Assembly: GCA_963751975.1 (NCBI GenBank)
Contig: CAVVWK010000001.1
Coordinates: 241,152 to 305,151, forward strand
Length of the DNA: 64,000 nucleotides
From: an uncultured Actinomycetota bacterium
GTDB lineage: Bacteria > Actinomycetota > Actinomycetes > Propionibacteriales > Nocardioidaceae
Reading direction: 5' to 3'
The notes under the pieces are model-generated. The model made no database searches. It saw nothing but the letters and a program-made list of their open reading frames with translations, and was not told the origin of the DNA. Made by a program: the position numbers and the translations under genes. The first letter of the stretch is position 1. Each line of letters opens with the position of its first letter. Positions 43,899 through 55,711 of the stretch are shown in pieces.

Positions 43899-44141
43899 AT
43901 GGGCAAGGCCGTTCTCCTCGTCGCGCTGATCGCGCTGGTCATCTACGCCCTGCTCCGGCTCTGGGAGAAGCGCAGCGCCGCACGACTGCCGCGCCGTCCC
44001 CAGCACCCGCAGGTGCCCCGCCCGCGCCGCGTCATCGCCCCCGACGACGACGCCGACTTCCTCCGTGACCTCGAGCGCAAGCGGCGCCGGGAGAAGCGCG
44101 GCGAGCAGCCCAAGGGTCAGCAGAGCGACCCCGACGCCTGA
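43899..44141 (+). CDS. Small membrane-anchored protein
   Basis: One TM helix, then the APDDDADFLRDL motif typical of the actinobacterial gene at this position. Confidence 0.6.
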   Translation: MGKAVLLVALIALVIYALLRLWEKRSAARLPRRPQHPQVPRPRRVIAPDDDADFLRDLERKRRREKRGEQPKGQQSDPDA

Positions 44142-44160
44142 GGTTTTGGCTGCCGGGTGC

Positions 44161-44260
44161 GGCGGCCAATTACCACGGGACCGTGGTAATCCACCCGTTA
44201 CCGGGGCGAAATCACATGGGGAAGGGGCAGTTCACCACGGGACCGTGGTAATCGGCCGCC
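44161..44260. repeat. 100-bp intergenic element with terminal inverted repeats and two palindromic units
   Basis: GGCGGCCAATTACCACGGGACCGTGGTAAT ... TTCACCACGGGACCGTGGTAATCGGCCGCC. Confidence 0.75.
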
Positions 44261-44275
44261 CGCCGCTGTCCGCAG

Positions 44276-45282
44276 TCAGCCGGCGTACGAGTGCAGGCTG
44301 CCGCCGCCGAAGAAGAAGTTGATCCCGACGAAGTTGAACAGCAGCGTCGCGAAGCCGACCAGCGCGATCACCGCGGCGGCCTTGCCCCGCCAGCCGGCCG
44401 TCGCGCGGGCGTGCAGGTAGGCGGCGTAGACCACCCAGGTGATGAACGCCCACACCTCCTTGGGGTCCCAGTTCCAGTAGCGGCCCCAGGCGTACTCCGC
44501 CCAGATCGGCCCGGCGATCAGCGCGGCGAACGTCCAGATCGGGAAGCCGAAGGCGTGCAGCCGGTAGGACAGCCGGTCCAGCGCCGGCAGGTCCGGGAGC
44601 CGGTCGAGGTAGCCGCCGGGCCGCAGCGAGCCGCGGCTCCGGCCGCGGTCCTTGACCAGGAACAGCAGCGGCGGCGATGGCGCCGACGGCGAACGCACCG
44701 GTGGCGACGATCGCGGCCATCACGTGGATCACCAGCCAGTACGAGTGCAGCGCGGGCACCAGCGGACCCGCGGGCACGTAGAGCAGCAGGACGGCGAGCA
44801 TCAGCACGACCACCTGGAAGCCGGTGACCGGCAGGCCCATCCAGCGCAGCCCGTAGCGGCGGCCGAGCAGCGAGGTAGATCAGCGCCGACGCCGAAGGCA
44901 CCGGCGAGCGTGAACTCGTACATGTTGCCCCACGGCACCCGGACCGGGTCCGAGCCCGAGGCCACGCGTGACGAGCGCCGGCGAGGTGCAGCAGCACGGC
45001 GACGACGGTCAGCGCGACGCCGATGCGGCCCCACCGGTCTCGATCCGCGGCTCGTCGGTCCGCCGCTCCGCCGCCGGGTACGTCGGACCGTGGCCGCCGG
45101 CAGCGCCCCGCGGCCGCCGCGCCGGCCTCGACGACGCGCCGCCTCGCCGCGCGGCGGCTCGGCACGGCCGACGCGACCGCGCAGCCCACTCGAGCACGTG
45201 CGCGAGCGAACGCCAGCACGTAGACGATCGAGGCGAACATGATCGCGTTGTTGGTGAACGCCGCGAAGTCCGCAGTGCTCAC
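44276..45282 (-). CDS. ccsB: Cytochrome c biogenesis protein CcsA/ResC type (frameshifted)
   Basis: PWGNMYEF, LHSYWLVIH, WAEYAWGRYWNWDPKEVW, LHSYAG. Confidence 0.92.
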
Positions 45283-46951
45283 GGCTCTCCTCTCTCGTCG
45301 GGTGCGTCCCGGCCGGGCCGGTCCTGATCCGTCGCTCCAGCTCGTCGATCTCGTCGTCGAGGTCGCCGCCGGAGCTGCGGTCGAGCCCGGCCACCTCGAC
45401 CACGGTACGCCGCGCCGTCCCGGCTCCGCGGCCCGGGACCCGCACCCAGGCGCGGCGCGGCCGGATGAACAGCGAGCCCATCAGCCCGACGATGCCGAGC
45501 AGCGACCCCGCCCAGCGCGAGGCCCTTGCCGGGGGTGTCGCTGACCTGGAGCTTGACCCAGCGGTCCACCCGGTCGAACGTGATCGAGCCGGCGCCGTCG
45601 GGCAGCTCGACGGTGTCGCCGACGGACAGCTTGAGCCGCGCGGCCGAGCCGCGTGTCGCGTCGGCGCTCTCGAACGTCTCGAGCTCGTCCTTGTCGAGCT
45701 GCGTAGACCGACTGCGGCTCGCCGTCGTCGAGGCCGAGGTCGCCCGTGGTAGGGCACCAGCGACAGCACCGGGTCGAGGGCGTCGGGGAACTGCGAGAAC
45801 GGCCCGCGCTCCATCGTGAAGCCGTACGTCGGCAGGAACAGCCCCTCGAAGCCGAGCTGCTTCGGCGGCCGCGTCGGGCACCTTCAGCACGCCGAACGAC
45901 GCGAACGATCGCGTCCTGCGGCAGGAACACGACCGGCCCCTGGTAGGCGACGTCGCCGTTGCCGTCGCGCACGGTGACGACCGGGGCGTAGCCGTGGCCG
46001 ACCAGGAACACGCTGACCCCGTCGAGCGTCAGCGGGTGGTTCACCGCGAGGTCGTAGCTGCTCCGGGTCGGCGCCCGGGCTCCTCGGTGTAGGTGACGTC
46101 GGCGCGAGAAGTCGCCGGGCTGACCCACGCTGCGGGCCGCTGGTGAGGAACTTGACCTCGAAGTCGTCGACGGTGAGGCTGAGCGGCGCCAGGTCGTCGG
46201 GGTCGAACAGCGAGCCGGGGGCGAAGTCGTCGTACTGGCTCAGCGAGTTGGAGAAGCCCTGGCCGACCACGGTGATCACGCCGCCCTTGTAGCCGAACAG
46301 CTGCCCGAGGCGAAGCCGACCAGCACGACGAGCACGCGAGACGTGGAACAGCAGGTTGCCGGCCTCGCGCAGGTAGCCGCGCTCGCGCCGCCACCGAGCC
46401 GTCCTCGCCCGATGACCGACACGGTCGCGGTAGCGCCGTCCGCGCAGCACCCGCTCGCGCCCGGCGCCAGCACCTCGTCGGGCGGCTCGTCGATCTCGAA
46501 GCGGCGCGACGCCGGCAGCCGGGCGAGGTTGCGCGGGGCTCCCGGCGGGCGCGCCCGCACGCCGCGCCAGTAGACCCGCAGCCGCGGGCACGATGCAGCC
46601 GACCAGCGAGACCATCAGCAGCAGGTAGATCGCGGAGAACCACACCGAGTCGTAGACCGAGAACAGCCCGAGCGTCTCGTAGACCGGCGTCAGCGTCGGG
46701 TGCGCGCTCCTTCCAGTCCGCGACCGCGATCGGCGTCGATGTCCGCCTGCGGTACGACGCGAGCCGGGGACCGCGGCGAGCGCGAGCAGGAACAGCAGCA
46801 CCAGCGCGGTGCGCATCGAGGTCAGCTGCCGCCAGGCCCAGCGCGCCAGCTCGACCGGCCGCAGGGCCGGGGGCGCCGGCGGGCGGTGTCGGGTTGCGCG
46901 CCGCACGCACCGGCGCCCGGCGGCCGGCTGGACGTCGGTCGGGATCGTCAC
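45279..46951 (-). CDS. resB: Cytochrome c biogenesis protein ResB (frameshifted)
   Basis: [46 protein letters not shown]. Confidence 0.88.
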
Positions 46952-47704
46952 ACGGCCACCTCGAAGCCGCCGACCCAGCCGCGCAGCTCGCGCCACCCAG
47001 AGGTCCCAGACAGCCGGTGACCAGCAGCAGGCCGACCGCGACGAGCATCAGCGCCGCCGGCGCGGGTCACCCAGACCTGGTGCCGGCGGACCCAGCCGAC
47101 CGCGCCGAGCATCCGGCGGTAGGCCAGCCCGGCCAGGATGAACGGGATGCCGAGGCCGAGGGAGTAGGCGACGCTCAGCAGCGCGCCGCGGCCGGCGGTG
47201 CCCTCGGTGAACGCCAGCGTCTGCACCGCGGCGAGCGTCGGCCCGATGCACGGCGTCCAGCCGAGTCCGAACAGCACGCCCGAGCAGCGGCGCGGCGGCC
47301 AGCCCGACGGCGGGCACCCGGTGGACCCGCACGTCGCGCTGCAGCCACGGCACCACGCCCAGGAACGCGAGCCCGACCAGGATCGTCACCACGCCGAGCA
47401 CGACGCTGATCGTCGCGCATGTACTCCCACAGCCACTCGCCGAGCGCCCCGGAGAGCGTGCCGAGCGACGACGAACACGAACGAGAACCCGAGCACGAAC
47501 AGCGCGGTGCCGAGCAGCATCCGGCCCGCGCCGGGCGGAGGCCGAGGTCGGCCCCGGACAGCCCGGTGGCGTAGGAGAGGTAGCCCGGCAGCAGCGGCAC
47601 GACGCAGGGCGAGAAGAACGACACCAGGCCGGCGACCGCCGCGACCGGGAGCGCCAGCAGCAGCGACCCGGAGAGCACGGTGCTCGCGGAACCAGTCGAG
47701 CCAT
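46948..47704 (-). CDS. ccdA: Cytochrome c biogenesis protein CcdA (frameshifted)
   Basis: [25 protein letters not shown]. Confidence 0.9.
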
Positions 47705-48294
47705 CGGCGCCCGCCGAGCCTCCTCGACGAGGTCGTACAGCGTCGTGCGGGTGATCTCGCCGAGCACGCTCGCGGCGACCCGGCCCTGGCGTCGATGACG
47801 ACGGTGCTGGGGATCGCGTTCGGCGGCAGGGTGCCGCGGAACGCCAGCAGCGTGCTGCCCTGCGGGTCGTAGATGCTCGGGTAGGGGATGTCGAAGCGGC
47901 GCACGAACGCCTGCGCCGCCGGCTCGCTCGGGTCGCGTGAGTCGATGCCGAGGAACGCGACGTCCGTGCGTCGGCGAGGTCGCGCGCGGCGTCGGCGAGC
48001 ATCGGCGCCTCGGCCCGGCACGGCGCGCACCACGAGCCCCAGACGTTGACCACGACGACCTGGCCGCGTAGTCGGCGAGCGACACCGGCTCGCCGTCGAT
48101 GGTCTCGCCCGGCCACCTCGCCGGGCGCCGCGCGGTCGGCCGGGTCGAGCGACGGTGATGGTGCCGTCGCCGCGACACGAAGCCCTGCTCGCCCGAGCTG
48201 CCGACGTCGTCGCCGCGCAGCCCGCGAGCGAGCGGCCAGCGCGCAGCGAGGGCACAGGCTGGTCGCGGCCGAGGCGGTGCGGCAGACGGGTCAT
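47701..48294 (-). CDS. TlpA/ResA disulfide reductase (frameshifted; end approximate)
   Basis: VVNVWGSWCAPCRAEAP, YPSIYDP, IPSTVVID. Confidence 0.85.
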
Positions 48295-48297
48295 CGG

Positions 48298-49015
48298 TCA
48301 GCGCCGCGCGGGCTGCTCGTCGGTCGGCGCGCGCCCGCCGGAGGAGAACGGCGCGTTGCGGTCCTTGACCGGGATCAGGTCGGCGGCCGGCTCGGAGTAG
48401 CGCACCGTGGTGAGCCGGTCGCCCTCGAAGGTGAGCGAGGTGAGGCTGCACAGCGTGCACTGCCGCTTGCGCGGGTCGTGCACGAACGACCGGTTCTCGG
48501 CGTGCAGCCGGGTGATCCAGATCGGCAGCTGGTGGGAGACGACCACCGCCTCGTGCCCGCGGGCGGCGTCGCGGGCGTCGTCCACGGCGGCCATCATCCG
48601 GGCGACGACCTCGCTTGTAGGGCTCGCCCCACGACGGCCGCCACGGGTTCCACAGGTGGCGCCAGGCGGCGGGCTTCCGCAGCACGCCGTCGCCCATCGC
48701 CGAACCGCTTGCCCTCGAAGACGTTGGTGGACTCGATCGACGCGCGGCGTCGGTGCCGACGTCGAGCCCGAGGGCGTCGGCGAGCGGCCGCGCGGTCTCC
48801 TGGGCGCGCTCGAGCGGCGAGGCCACGACGTGGGTGATGTCGCGGTCCGCGATGGCGTCGGCGACCCGCTGCGCCATCTGCTGGCCGCGGTCGGAGAGGT
48901 GGTAGCCGGCCATCCGGCCGTAGAGCACGCCGTCGGGGTTGTGCACCTCGCCGTGCCGGAGCAGGTGCACGGTGGTCACGGTCCGGTCGGCGGCGCCGTC
49001 CTGGCTGTTGCTCAT
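48298..49015 (-). CDS. Histidine phosphatase family protein (frameshifted)
   Basis: [28 protein letters not shown]. Confidence 0.88.
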
Positions 49016-50361
49016 CGGTCTCCTCGGGCGGGTGCGGCGGCCGCAGCGCGGGCGGCGGCGGGGAGGGCGGAGACGACCCGGTCGAGCGCGCGCGTCGTCG
49101 TGCGCCGCGGAGAGGAACCACGCCTCGAAGGCGCTCGGCGGCAGGTAGACGCCCTGGTCGAGCATCGCAGTGGAAGAACGCCTTGTAGCGCTCGACGTGC
49201 TGCGAGCTCGCGGCGGCGAAGTCGCGGACCTCGGCGACGCGCGTCGTCGGTGAAGAAGACGCTGAACATGTTGCCGCCGCTCTGCACCACGTGCGGCACG
49301 CCGGCCTCGGTGAGCGCCTGTCGGCCGCCTCGCGCCAGCAGCGCGGCGGCCCGGTCGATCTGGGCGTAGACCTCGTCGGTGGCCAGCCGCAGGGTGGTCA
49401 GCCCGGCGGTGGTGGCGACCGGGTTCCCGGACAGCGTGCCCGCCTGGTAGACGGGGCCCTCCGGCGACAGCATCGCCATCACGTCGGCGCGGCCGCCGAA
49501 CGCCGCGGCCGGGAAGCCGCCGCCCATCACCTTGCCGAACGTCACCAGGTCCGGCGCCAGCCCTCGACGGCGCCGTCGAGACCCCACTGGCCGGAGCGGG
49601 TGACCCGGAAGCCGGTCATCACCTCGTCGCTGACGAACAGCGCGCCGTGCCGCGCGCAGGTCTCGGCGAGGAAGGCGTTGAAGCCCGGCAGCGGCGGGAC
49701 CACGCCCATGTTGCCGGGCGCGGCCTCGGTGATCAGGCAGGCGATCGCGTCGCCGTGCTCGGCGAACGCGGTCTCGACGGCCTCCCGGTCGTTGTAGGGC
49801 AGCACCAGCGTGCGCGCGGTCGAGGCGGCCGGGACGCCGGGCGTGCCGGGCACCGCGAAGCGTCGCGAGCCCCGAGCCCGCCGCGGCGAGCAGCGAGTCG
49901 ACGTGGCCGTGGTAGCAGCCGGCGAACTTCACGACCAGGTCGCGGCCGGTGAAGCCGCGGGCGAGCCGGATCGCCGACATCGTCGCCTCGGTGCCGGAGG
50001 AGACCAGCCGCACCTTGTCGACCGGGGTGCGGCCGACGATCTCCTCGGCGAGCTCGACCTCGGGGCGCGTCGGGGTGCCGTACGACGTACCGCGGGAGAC
50101 CGCCGCCTGCACGGCCGCCTGCACCTCGGGGTGGGCGTGGCCGAGCAGCATCGGCCCCCAGCTGCAGACCAGGTCGACGTACTCCTGGCCGTCGACGTCG
50201 ATGAGCAGGCGCCCGTGGGCCCGCTCGATGAAGCGCGGCGTGCCGCCGACGGCGTTGAACGCCCGCACCGGCGAGTTGACGCCGCCCGGGGTGACCGCGT
50301 GCGCGCGCGCGAAGAGGGCGGCGGACTCTGCAGTCAGGTGGGCGGGCGGGTCGGGGCTCAT
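49012..50361 (-). CDS. hemL: Glutamate-1-semialdehyde 2,1-aminomutase (frameshifted)
   Basis: [47 protein letters not shown]. Confidence 0.94.
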   Translation of the reverse strand: MSPDPPAHLTAESAALFARAHAVTPGGVNSPVRAFNAVGGTPRFIERAHGRLLIDVDGQEYVDLVCSWGPMLLGHAHPEVQAAVQAAVSRGTSYGTPTRPEVELAEEIVGRTPVDKVRLVSSGTEATMSAIRLARGFTGRDLVVKFAGCYHGHVDSLLAAAGSGLATLRGARHARRPGRLDRAHAGAALQRPGGRRDRVRRARRRDRLPDHRGRARQHGRGPAAAGLQRLPRRDLRAARRAVRQRRGDDRLPGHPLRPVGSRRRRRGLAPDLVTFGKVMGGGFPAAAFGGRADVMAMLSPEGPVYQAGTLSGNPVATTAGLTTLRLATDEVYAQIDRAAALLARGGRQALTEAGVPHVVQSGGNMFSVFFTDDARRRGPRLRRRELAARRALQGVLPLRCSTRASTCRRAPSRRGSSPRRTTTRALDRVVSALPAAARAAAAAPARGDR

Positions 50362-50472
50362 CGCACCATTCTCGCCGAGGACCCCGGGCGTCACGAATCC
50401 GGACCCCGCCGCCCGGCTGTGAGGCTGCCCACCCGCGTGCATATCGGGCGAAAAGGCTTTACTTTACCTGTG

Positions 50473-50500
50473 CGTAACCTCTGGCCCGGGTTCCTCGTTG
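50473..50500 (+). promoter_or_regulatory. BldN/SigD-type ECF promoter candidate
   Basis: CGTAAC-N17-CGTTG upstream of the lytic transglycosylase; same layout as 61916-61943. Confidence 0.6.
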
Positions 50501-50581
50501 GGAGTGTCGTAGAGGGGGATCCCGGGTATGCATCGCGTGCAGGCGCAGCCAGGGGACGGCCAGGGATCGGGAGAGGGACCG

Positions 50582-51896
50582 ATGTCGCACAGGGGACTGA
50601 TGACGTGGCAGAAGGCCACGGCACTCGTGCCGCTGGCGCTGCTCTCCGGGCGCCTGGACGGCGAGCCTGGCCGGTACGACGAGCGACCGCGAGCTGCCTC
50701 CGAGGACGGCCGGCTGCCCGACGGCACCAGCATCCCCAGCGAGGCGATCGAGGCCCCGGCCAGCGTCTCCGCGCCCGGCGAGATCGCCCCCGGCGTCCCC
50801 CGCGGCTCGGCGCGGCAGATCGTGGCCGGCGCGTCCACCAACGGCATCCCCGCCGCGGCGCTGTCGGCCTACCAGCGCGCCGCCCAGGTGATCGACACCG
50901 CCGACGCCGCCTGCAACATCGACTGGACCCTGATCGCCGCGATCGGCCGCGTCGAGTCCGACCACGGCCGCTACGGCGGCAACACGCTGACCGACGAGGG
51001 CGTCAGCGCCCCCGGCATCTACGGCATCCCGCTCGACGGCAGCAACGGCACCGCCGAGATCACCGACACCGACGCGGGCGAGCTCGACGACGACCCGGTC
51101 GTCGACCGTGCGGTCGGGCCGATGCAGTTCATCCCCTCGACCTGGTCGGTGGTGGGCGTCGACGGCGACGGCGACGGCGTAGCGCAACCCGCAGGACATC
51201 GACGACGCGGCGCTGGCCACCGCCGTCTACCTCTGCTCGGGCGACGAGGACCTCGCCACCGACAAGGGGCGGCGCGCGGCGGTCTACCGCTACAACCACA
51301 GCCAGGACTACGTCGACCTGGTGCTCTCGATCATGCAGGCCTACTCCGACGGCGACTTCTCCGCCGTGCCCAACGGCAGTGCCGCCCCGGCGACGTTCAG
51401 CGCCGACCCCGACGCGGTGCCGGCCAAGGCCGGTCCGCGAGCCACCAAGCCGGGGGCCGCGGCAGGACCGCGTGGCTCCGGCACCGGAGGCGGTAGCGGC
51501 ACCGGTGGTGGTGGCGATGGTGGCGGCGGCGACACCTCCGACCCGGCACCCACGGCCCCGGCCCCCGCGCCGGCACCGGCTCCGGCGCCCGCCCCCGGTG
51601 GTGGCTCGGGCGGCACCGGAGGTGGTGGCGGCACCGGTGGTGGCGGCACCGGCGCCGGGCTGCCCGACAGCCCGCTGCCCGACCCGCCGGCTCCCCCGCC
51701 GCCGCTCGAGCCGGTGCTCACGCCGCTCCAGCAGGCGACGCAGTACTGCCAGCAGAACGCCGCGCAGGCTCCGCTGCAGCAGTGCATCAACGCCTACCTC
51801 AACGGTGGGGCGCAGGCCGTGCAGAACCTCATCGCCTCGCTGCTCAATCCGCCACCGCTCCCCGGCGTGCCGGACCTGCCCGGCGGGCTCGGCTGA
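50582..51896 (+). CDS. Secreted lytic transglycosylase with Gly/Pro-rich C-terminus (frameshifted)
   Basis: WTLIAAIGRVESDHG, RAVGPMQFIPSTW, YLC, YNHS; PAPAPA and GGG tracts. Confidence 0.85.
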
Positions 51897-51903
51897 ACGC
51901 GGC

Positions 51904-52902
51904 TCAGCGGCCGGTGAGCAGCCGGGCGGCCTCGGCGGCCCAGTAGGTCAGCACCACGTCGGCGCCGGCGCGCCGGATCGAGGTCAGGGTCTCGAGGATC
52001 GCCGGCTCGCGGTCGATCCAGCCGCGGTCCGCCGCCGCCTCGACCATGGCGTACTCGCCGGAGATGTTGTACGCCGCGACCGGCACGTCCACCGCGTCGC
52101 GCACGGCGCGCAGCACGTCGAGGTAGGCCAGCGCCGGCTTCACCATCACGATGTCGGCGCCCTCCGCGACGTCGAGGAGCGCCTCGCGCACGCCCTCGGT
52201 CACGTTGCGGCCGTCCTGCTGGTAGGTCCGGCGGTCCCCCTGCAGCGAGGAGTCGACGGCCTCGCGGAACGGTCCGTAGAAGGCCGAGGCGTACTTCGCG
52301 GAGTAGGCCAGGATCGCCACGTCCTGGTGGGCGGCACCGTCGAGCGCCGACCGGATCGCCGCCACCTGGCCGTCCATCATCCCGCTGGGCCCGACCAGGT
52401 CGACCCCGGCCGCGGCCTGGGCGAGCGCCATCTCGGCGTACACCTCCAGGGTCGCGTCGTTGTCGACGGTGCCGTGCTCGGTGAGCACGCCGCAGTGCCC
52501 GTGGTCGGTGAACTCGTCGAGGCACAGGTCGGCCATCACCGGCAGTGCGTCGCCCACCTCGGCCACGACGTCGGCGATCGCGACGTTGAGGATGCCCTGG
52601 GGGTCCACCGCGCCGCTGCCGCGCGCGTCCTTCGTGGCGGGGATGCCGAACAGCATGATCCCGCCGAGGCCGAGATCGGCCGCCTCGGCGGCGGCCTTCC
52701 GCAGCGAGTCGCGGGTGTGCTGGACGACCCCGGGCATGGTCGAGATCGGCGTCGGCTCGGAGATCCCCTCACGCACGAAGGCGGGCAGCACCAGCTGGCG
52801 CGGCTCGAGGGTGGTCTCGGCCACGAGCTCGCGCAGGGCGGCGGTGCGGCGCAGCCGCCGCGGCCGCACCTCCGGGAAGCCCGGACCCGTCGTCGCAGCC
52901 AC
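51904..52902 (-). CDS. hemB: Porphobilinogen synthase
   Basis: [38 protein letters not shown]. Confidence 0.95.
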   Translation of the reverse strand: MAATTGPGFPEVRPRRLRRTAALRELVAETTLEPRQLVLPAFVREGISEPTPISTMPGVVQHTRDSLRKAAAEAADLGLGGIMLFGIPATKDARGSGAVDPQGILNVAIADVVAEVGDALPVMADLCLDEFTDHGHCGVLTEHGTVDNDATLEVYAEMALAQAAAGVDLVGPSGMMDGQVAAIRSALDGAAHQDVAILAYSAKYASAFYGPFREAVDSSLQGDRRTYQQDGRNVTEGVREALLDVAEGADIVMVKPALAYLDVLRAVRDAVDVPVAAYNISGEYAMVEAAADRGWIDREPAILETLTSIRRAGADVVLTYWAAEAARLLTGR

Positions 52903-52909
52903 GGCCGGC

Positions 52910-54781
52910 TCAGGTGGCCTTGCGACGCGCGGACGGCCGACGCTCGGACGGCTTCGTGACCGGCTGCCCGGCCTCGAGCATCGCGGCGCGACGGGCCGCG
53001 CCGAAGTCGGCAAGCGCGTCGACGAGGACCTCGACCGACGGCTCGGACGCCAGCACGTCGACCCGGAGGCCGTGCTCCTCGGCGGTCTTGGCCGTCGCCG
53101 GGCCGATCACCGCGATGACCGTCGACGGGTGCGGCTTGCCGGCGATCCCGACCAGGTTGCGCACGGTCGAGGACGAGGTGAACACGACCGCGTCGAACTT
53201 GCCGGTCTTGATCGCCTCGCGCACCGGGGCCGGCGGCGGCGTGGCCCGCACGGTCCGGTAGGCGGTCACGTCGTCGACCTCCCAGCCGAGCTCGAGCAGA
53301 CCCGCCACGAGCGTCTCGGTGGCGATGTCGGCGCGCGGCAGGAAGACCCGGTTGATCGGGTCGAGCACGTCGTCGTACGGCGGCCAGTCCTCGAGCAGGC
53401 CGCGGGCGGACTGCTCACCCGACGGGACCAGGTCGGCACGCAGGCCCCACGCCTCGATGGAGGCGGCGGTCTTCTCGCCGACGGCGGCGATCTTCAGGCC
53501 CGAGAACGCACGCGCGTCGAGGCCGTACTCCTCGAACTTCTCGCGGACCGCCCGGACCGCGTTGACCGAGGTGAACGCGATCCACTCGTAGCGACCCTCG
53601 ACCAGGCCGCGGATGGCCTTGTCCATCTGCTGCGGGTTGCGCGGCGGCTCGACCGAGATCGTCGGCACCTCCTCCGGCACCGCGCCGAAGCCGCGCAGGC
53701 GTGCGGAGAGCGAGCCGGCCTGCTCCTTGGTGCGGGGCACCAGCACGCGCCAGCCGAAGAGCGGCTTGGTCTCGAACCAGGACAGCGTGGCGCGCAGGTC
53801 CACCACGTCACCGACGACGATCACGGCAGGCGGCGACATGCGGGCGGCGCGCGCGTCGGCCGCGATCCGATCCAGGGTGGAGACCACGGTCTCCTGCTCG
53901 GTGGTCGTGCCGACGCGGGTCATCGCGACCGGGGTCTCGGGGGCGCGACCCGCGTCGACGAGGGCCTTGGCCACCTCGCCGATGGCGCCGACCGCGGAGA
54001 GCAGCACCAGCGTCCGGTCGTCGGCGTAGGCGGACCAGTCGATCTTGGCCTCGGAGCAGTTCACCACCGCGACCTCGCGGTGCTTCTTGTCGGTCAGCGG
54101 CACGCCGGCGTACGCCGGGACCGCGGTGACCGAGCTGACACCGGGCACGATCTCGAAGGCCACGCCCGCCTTGACGCAGGCCTGGGCCTCCTCGGGACCG
54201 GAGGCGTAGACGAACGGGTCGCCCGCCATCAGCCGGACCACGCGGCGCCCGGTCTTGGCCTGCTTGACCACCACCTTGGCGCGGCCGGCGTGGGTCAGCG
54301 GCTGCCCGTCGGTGCCGAAGCCGCCGTCGACGACCTCGGCGTCGGGCGCGAGAGCGGCCACCAGCGCGGCGTGCTCGGGCGCCTCGGTGACCACGACCTC
54401 GGCGGCGCGGAGCAGGTCGGCGGCGCGGACCGTGAGCAGCTCCGGGTCGCCGGGGCCGGTGCCCACGAACGACACGAACCCGGTCGGTGTCGAGGGCTTG
54501 GCCCCGGGTGCGGCCGCGACCTTGGCCCGGGAGGTGCGGGCCGCCTTGGAGGTGGCGGTGGTCTTGGAGGTCTTCGTCACCGTCTTGCTCACAGTCGCCT
54601 TCTTGCTCTTCTGGTTGAGGGGCGCGCTGGTCTGCGAACCCGTCTTGGTGCCGCTCATGTCTGTCTTCCTGCCGGCTGTCGGTGTGCTCTTCTTCTGCAC
54701 GGGCTTGCGTGTCGTCCTGCTCCGGGTCGGCGTCTTCGCCGCCGTCCGCGGTTGTGCTGTGCTCTTTCGGGCTCCGGTCAC
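52910..54781 (-). CDS. hemD: Bifunctional uroporphyrinogen-III methyltransferase/synthase
   Basis: [44 protein letters not shown]; GTG overlaps hemC stop. Confidence 0.92.
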   Translation of the reverse strand: MTGARKSTAQPRTAAKTPTRSRTTRKPVQKKSTPTAGRKTDMSGTKTGSQTSAPLNQKSKKATVSKTVTKTSKTTATSKAARTSRAKVAAAPGAKPSTPTGFVSFVGTGPGDPELLTVRAADLLRAAEVVVTEAPEHAALVAALAPDAEVVDGGFGTDGQPLTHAGRAKVVVKQAKTGRRVVRLMAGDPFVYASGPEEAQACVKAGVAFEIVPGVSSVTAVPAYAGVPLTDKKHREVAVVNCSEAKIDWSAYADDRTLVLLSAVGAIGEVAKALVDAGRAPETPVAMTRVGTTTEQETVVSTLDRIAADARAARMSPPAVIVVGDVVDLRATLSWFETKPLFGWRVLVPRTKEQAGSLSARLRGFGAVPEEVPTISVEPPRNPQQMDKAIRGLVEGRYEWIAFTSVNAVRAVREKFEEYGLDARAFSGLKIAAVGEKTAASIEAWGLRADLVPSGEQSARGLLEDWPPYDDVLDPINRVFLPRADIATETLVAGLLELGWEVDDVTAYRTVRATPPPAPVREAIKTGKFDAVVFTSSSTVRNLVGIAGKPHPSTVIAVIGPATAKTAEEHGLRVDVLASEPSVEVLVDALADFGAARRAAMLEAGQPVTKPSERRPSARRKAT

Positions 54782-55711
54782 GCTCCGCCCTCCTCGATGA
54801 GTGTTCCCGCTCCGTCGGTCAACATCTCCTCGGCGAGACGGTGGCCCACCTCGACCGGGTCGGACGGCGTTCCCGTCGCCGACCGGCGGATCGAGAGGCC
54901 GCCGTCGTGCGACAGCGCCACCGCCCGGACCCACAGCTCCTCGCCGTCGTCGCCCTCGGCCACCTCGGCCAGCGCGCCGACGGGTGCCGAGCAGCCGGCC
55001 TCGAGGTCGGCGAGCACCGTCCGCTCGGCGGTGACGGCGGCCCTGGTGTGCCGGTCGTCGAGCGCCCCCCGGACCTCCGCCACCAGGTCGGTGTCGGCGG
55101 CCCGGCACTCGACCGCCAGGGCACCCTGGCCGGGAGCCGGGAGCATCTGGATCGGGTCGAGCACCTCGGTGACCTCGTCGAGCCGACCGAGCCGGGCGAT
55201 GCCCGCCCGGGCCAGGACGACCGCGTCGAACTCACCTTCGGCGACCTTGCGGATCCGGGTGTCCACGTTGCCACGGATCCCGGCCACGACGAAACCGAGA
55301 CCGAGCGCGTGCAGCTGCGCGGCCCGGCGCGGGGAGCCGGTGCCGACGCGCGCGCCCGGCGGCGAGCTCGCCCAGCGTGAGGCCGTCGCGGGCGACCACC
55401 ACGTCGCGGGGGTCCTCGCGGCGCGGGACGGCCGCGAGGGCGATGCCGTCGTGCGGAGCGGTGGGCAGGTCCTTGAGGGAGTGCACCGCGACGTCGACGT
55501 CACCGCGCAGCAGGGCGTCGCGCAGAGCGCTGACGAACACCCCGACCCCGCCGAACGAGGCCAGCGGCGCGCTGGACACGTCGCCCTCGGTGCTGACGTC
55601 GACGAGCACCACCTCGCGGCCGAGCGCGGCACGCAGGGCGTCGGCGACGTGCCCGGACTGGGTGCGGGCGAGCAGGGAGGCGCGGGTCCCGACGCGCAGC
55701 GGCCGGTTCAC
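54778..55711 (-). CDS. hemC: Hydroxymethylbilane synthase (frameshift near 55360)
   Basis: [52 protein letters not shown]. Confidence 0.93.

Noticed and set aside
15870-51200. Mass pseudogenisation or programmed frameshifting of nuo/men/ccs/hem genes
   Set aside because: Indels are scattered in patches, conserved motifs are intact and I saw no in-frame nonsense decay. This fits uncorrected long-read errors; read polishing would settle it.
51470-51720. GGCGGCACCGG and CCGGC tandem-like repeats as a separate element
   Set aside because: They simply encode the Gly-rich and Pro-Ala linker of the transglycosylase.
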